A DNA stretch of 64,000 nt, from NCBI GenBank assembly GCA_976551045.1, contig CDPCPM010000037.1, forward strand, positions 18,352,001-18,416,000, given 5' to 3'. Positions 62,925 to 64,000 of the stretch are shown here, in pieces (positions within the stretch are counted from its first letter, which is position 1; the number at the start of each line of letters is the position of its first letter). A model generated the notes under the pieces. It made no database searches and was not told the DNA's origin. It saw only the letters and a program-made list of their open reading frames with translations. Both the position numbers and the translations under genes were made by a program. The DNA is from Glaucostegus cemiculus. Its lineage: Eukaryota.

Positions 62925-64000
62925 GATATCTGGGCATTACCAACAAGGCTAGTATTTATTGCCCATCCTTAATTAGCTATTCCCACATTGCTGCTTGATA
63001 AGGAATTCCAGGATATCTATCCAGCAATGTTGAAGGATAGGCAACATATTTCCAAATCAAGATATTGAGAGAATCCTGGTGGCGTTCCCATGTGCCTGTT
63101 TATCCTTCTTACTGGTAGGGTTTGTGGTTAGGGAGGTGCTATCAAGAGAAGCCTCAATGAGTAAATGTATGTGTTGAAGGCACTGTACACCCTTGATAGA
63201 GGAAATTAACGTTTATGGTGGCTGTTTGGGTGCCAATCAAGCAAGCAGCTCTGCCCTGGATACTTTTGAGACCTCTCAGAGTCATTGGAACTGCATTTAT
63301 TCAAAGAACTGGAGAGTATTCCATCAAATTTCTAACTTATGCCTCATAGATAGTGGAATGGCTTCAGGGTGTCAGGAAATGGGTCACTCTCCACAAAGTA
63401 CTCAGCCTCTGACCTGCTTTTGCAGTCATGGTGTTTATGTAGGTGGTTTCAGCTGAATTTCTGGTCAATAGTGATCACCAGGATGTTGATGGTGGAGGCT
63501 CAGCATAGTAATGCCATGAACATGATGGGTAGGTGATCAGACTCTCTCTTGTTTGATATGGACATTGCCTGGCACTTCTGTGGTGCAAATGTCATTTGCC
63601 ACCTATCAGCTCATGTCTGAATGTTGCCCAGGCCTTGCTGTATGCAGGAATGTGCTAATTCATTTGCTGTGAAGTTGCAAATGGATTTAAACATTGTGCA
63701 TTCATCAGCAAACGTCCTCACTTCTGACCTTATGACAAAGCAGCTGAAGATGGTTGAACTTAGGACAATACTTGAGGAACCATGCAGGGATGTCCCTGGG
63801 ACCAGAATGATTGACTCCTTGCATGAGGTATGAATCCAGCCATTGGAGTGTTTTCCCTTGATGCCCCTTGACTTTGGTTTCACCAGGGTTCCTTGTCAAT
63901 ACACCTCACTAAATGCTGCCTTGATATCAAGGGCAGTCACTCTCACCTCATCTCTTAAATTTAGCTTGTCGGTCCATCCTTCAATCTACCTAGGCTGTGA
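62925..64000 (-). mobile_element. LINE (CR1/L2 group) 3' portion running off the window
   Basis: ALDIKAAF, LQWLDSYL, RSEVRTFADE RT motifs. Confidence 0.75.

Overview
AT-rich, CpG-poor vertebrate genomic DNA. The repeat landscape (CR1/HER-type LINEs, V-domain SINEs with CR1 tails, Penelope-like palindromes, Rex/Babar) suggests a cartilaginous fish (inference). The window holds one complete protein-coding gene on the minus strand: myt1 (myelin transcription factor 1, CCHHC zinc fingers). I assembled 21 coding exons by hand from ATG 41652 to TAA 2608. All introns are GT-AG and all phases are compatible, giving 3453 nt or 1150 aa with 7 fingers. A ~1.8 kb 3'UTR and several candidate non-coding 5' exons (43.3-57.3 kb) flank the CDS. 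The rest is intron with decayed transposons, and most ORFs in the supplied track are noise or TE remnants. I found no new multi-gene system. The best leads are splicing-level: a dual-donor upstream exon that switches a uORF into an in-frame N-terminal extension, a 23-nt frameshifting microexon candidate with a consensus donor, an in-frame alternative last exon, and Penelope remnants with decayed hammerhead-ribozyme cores. These are sequence-pattern inferences that need RNA-seq or conservation tests. Repeat boundaries are approximate.
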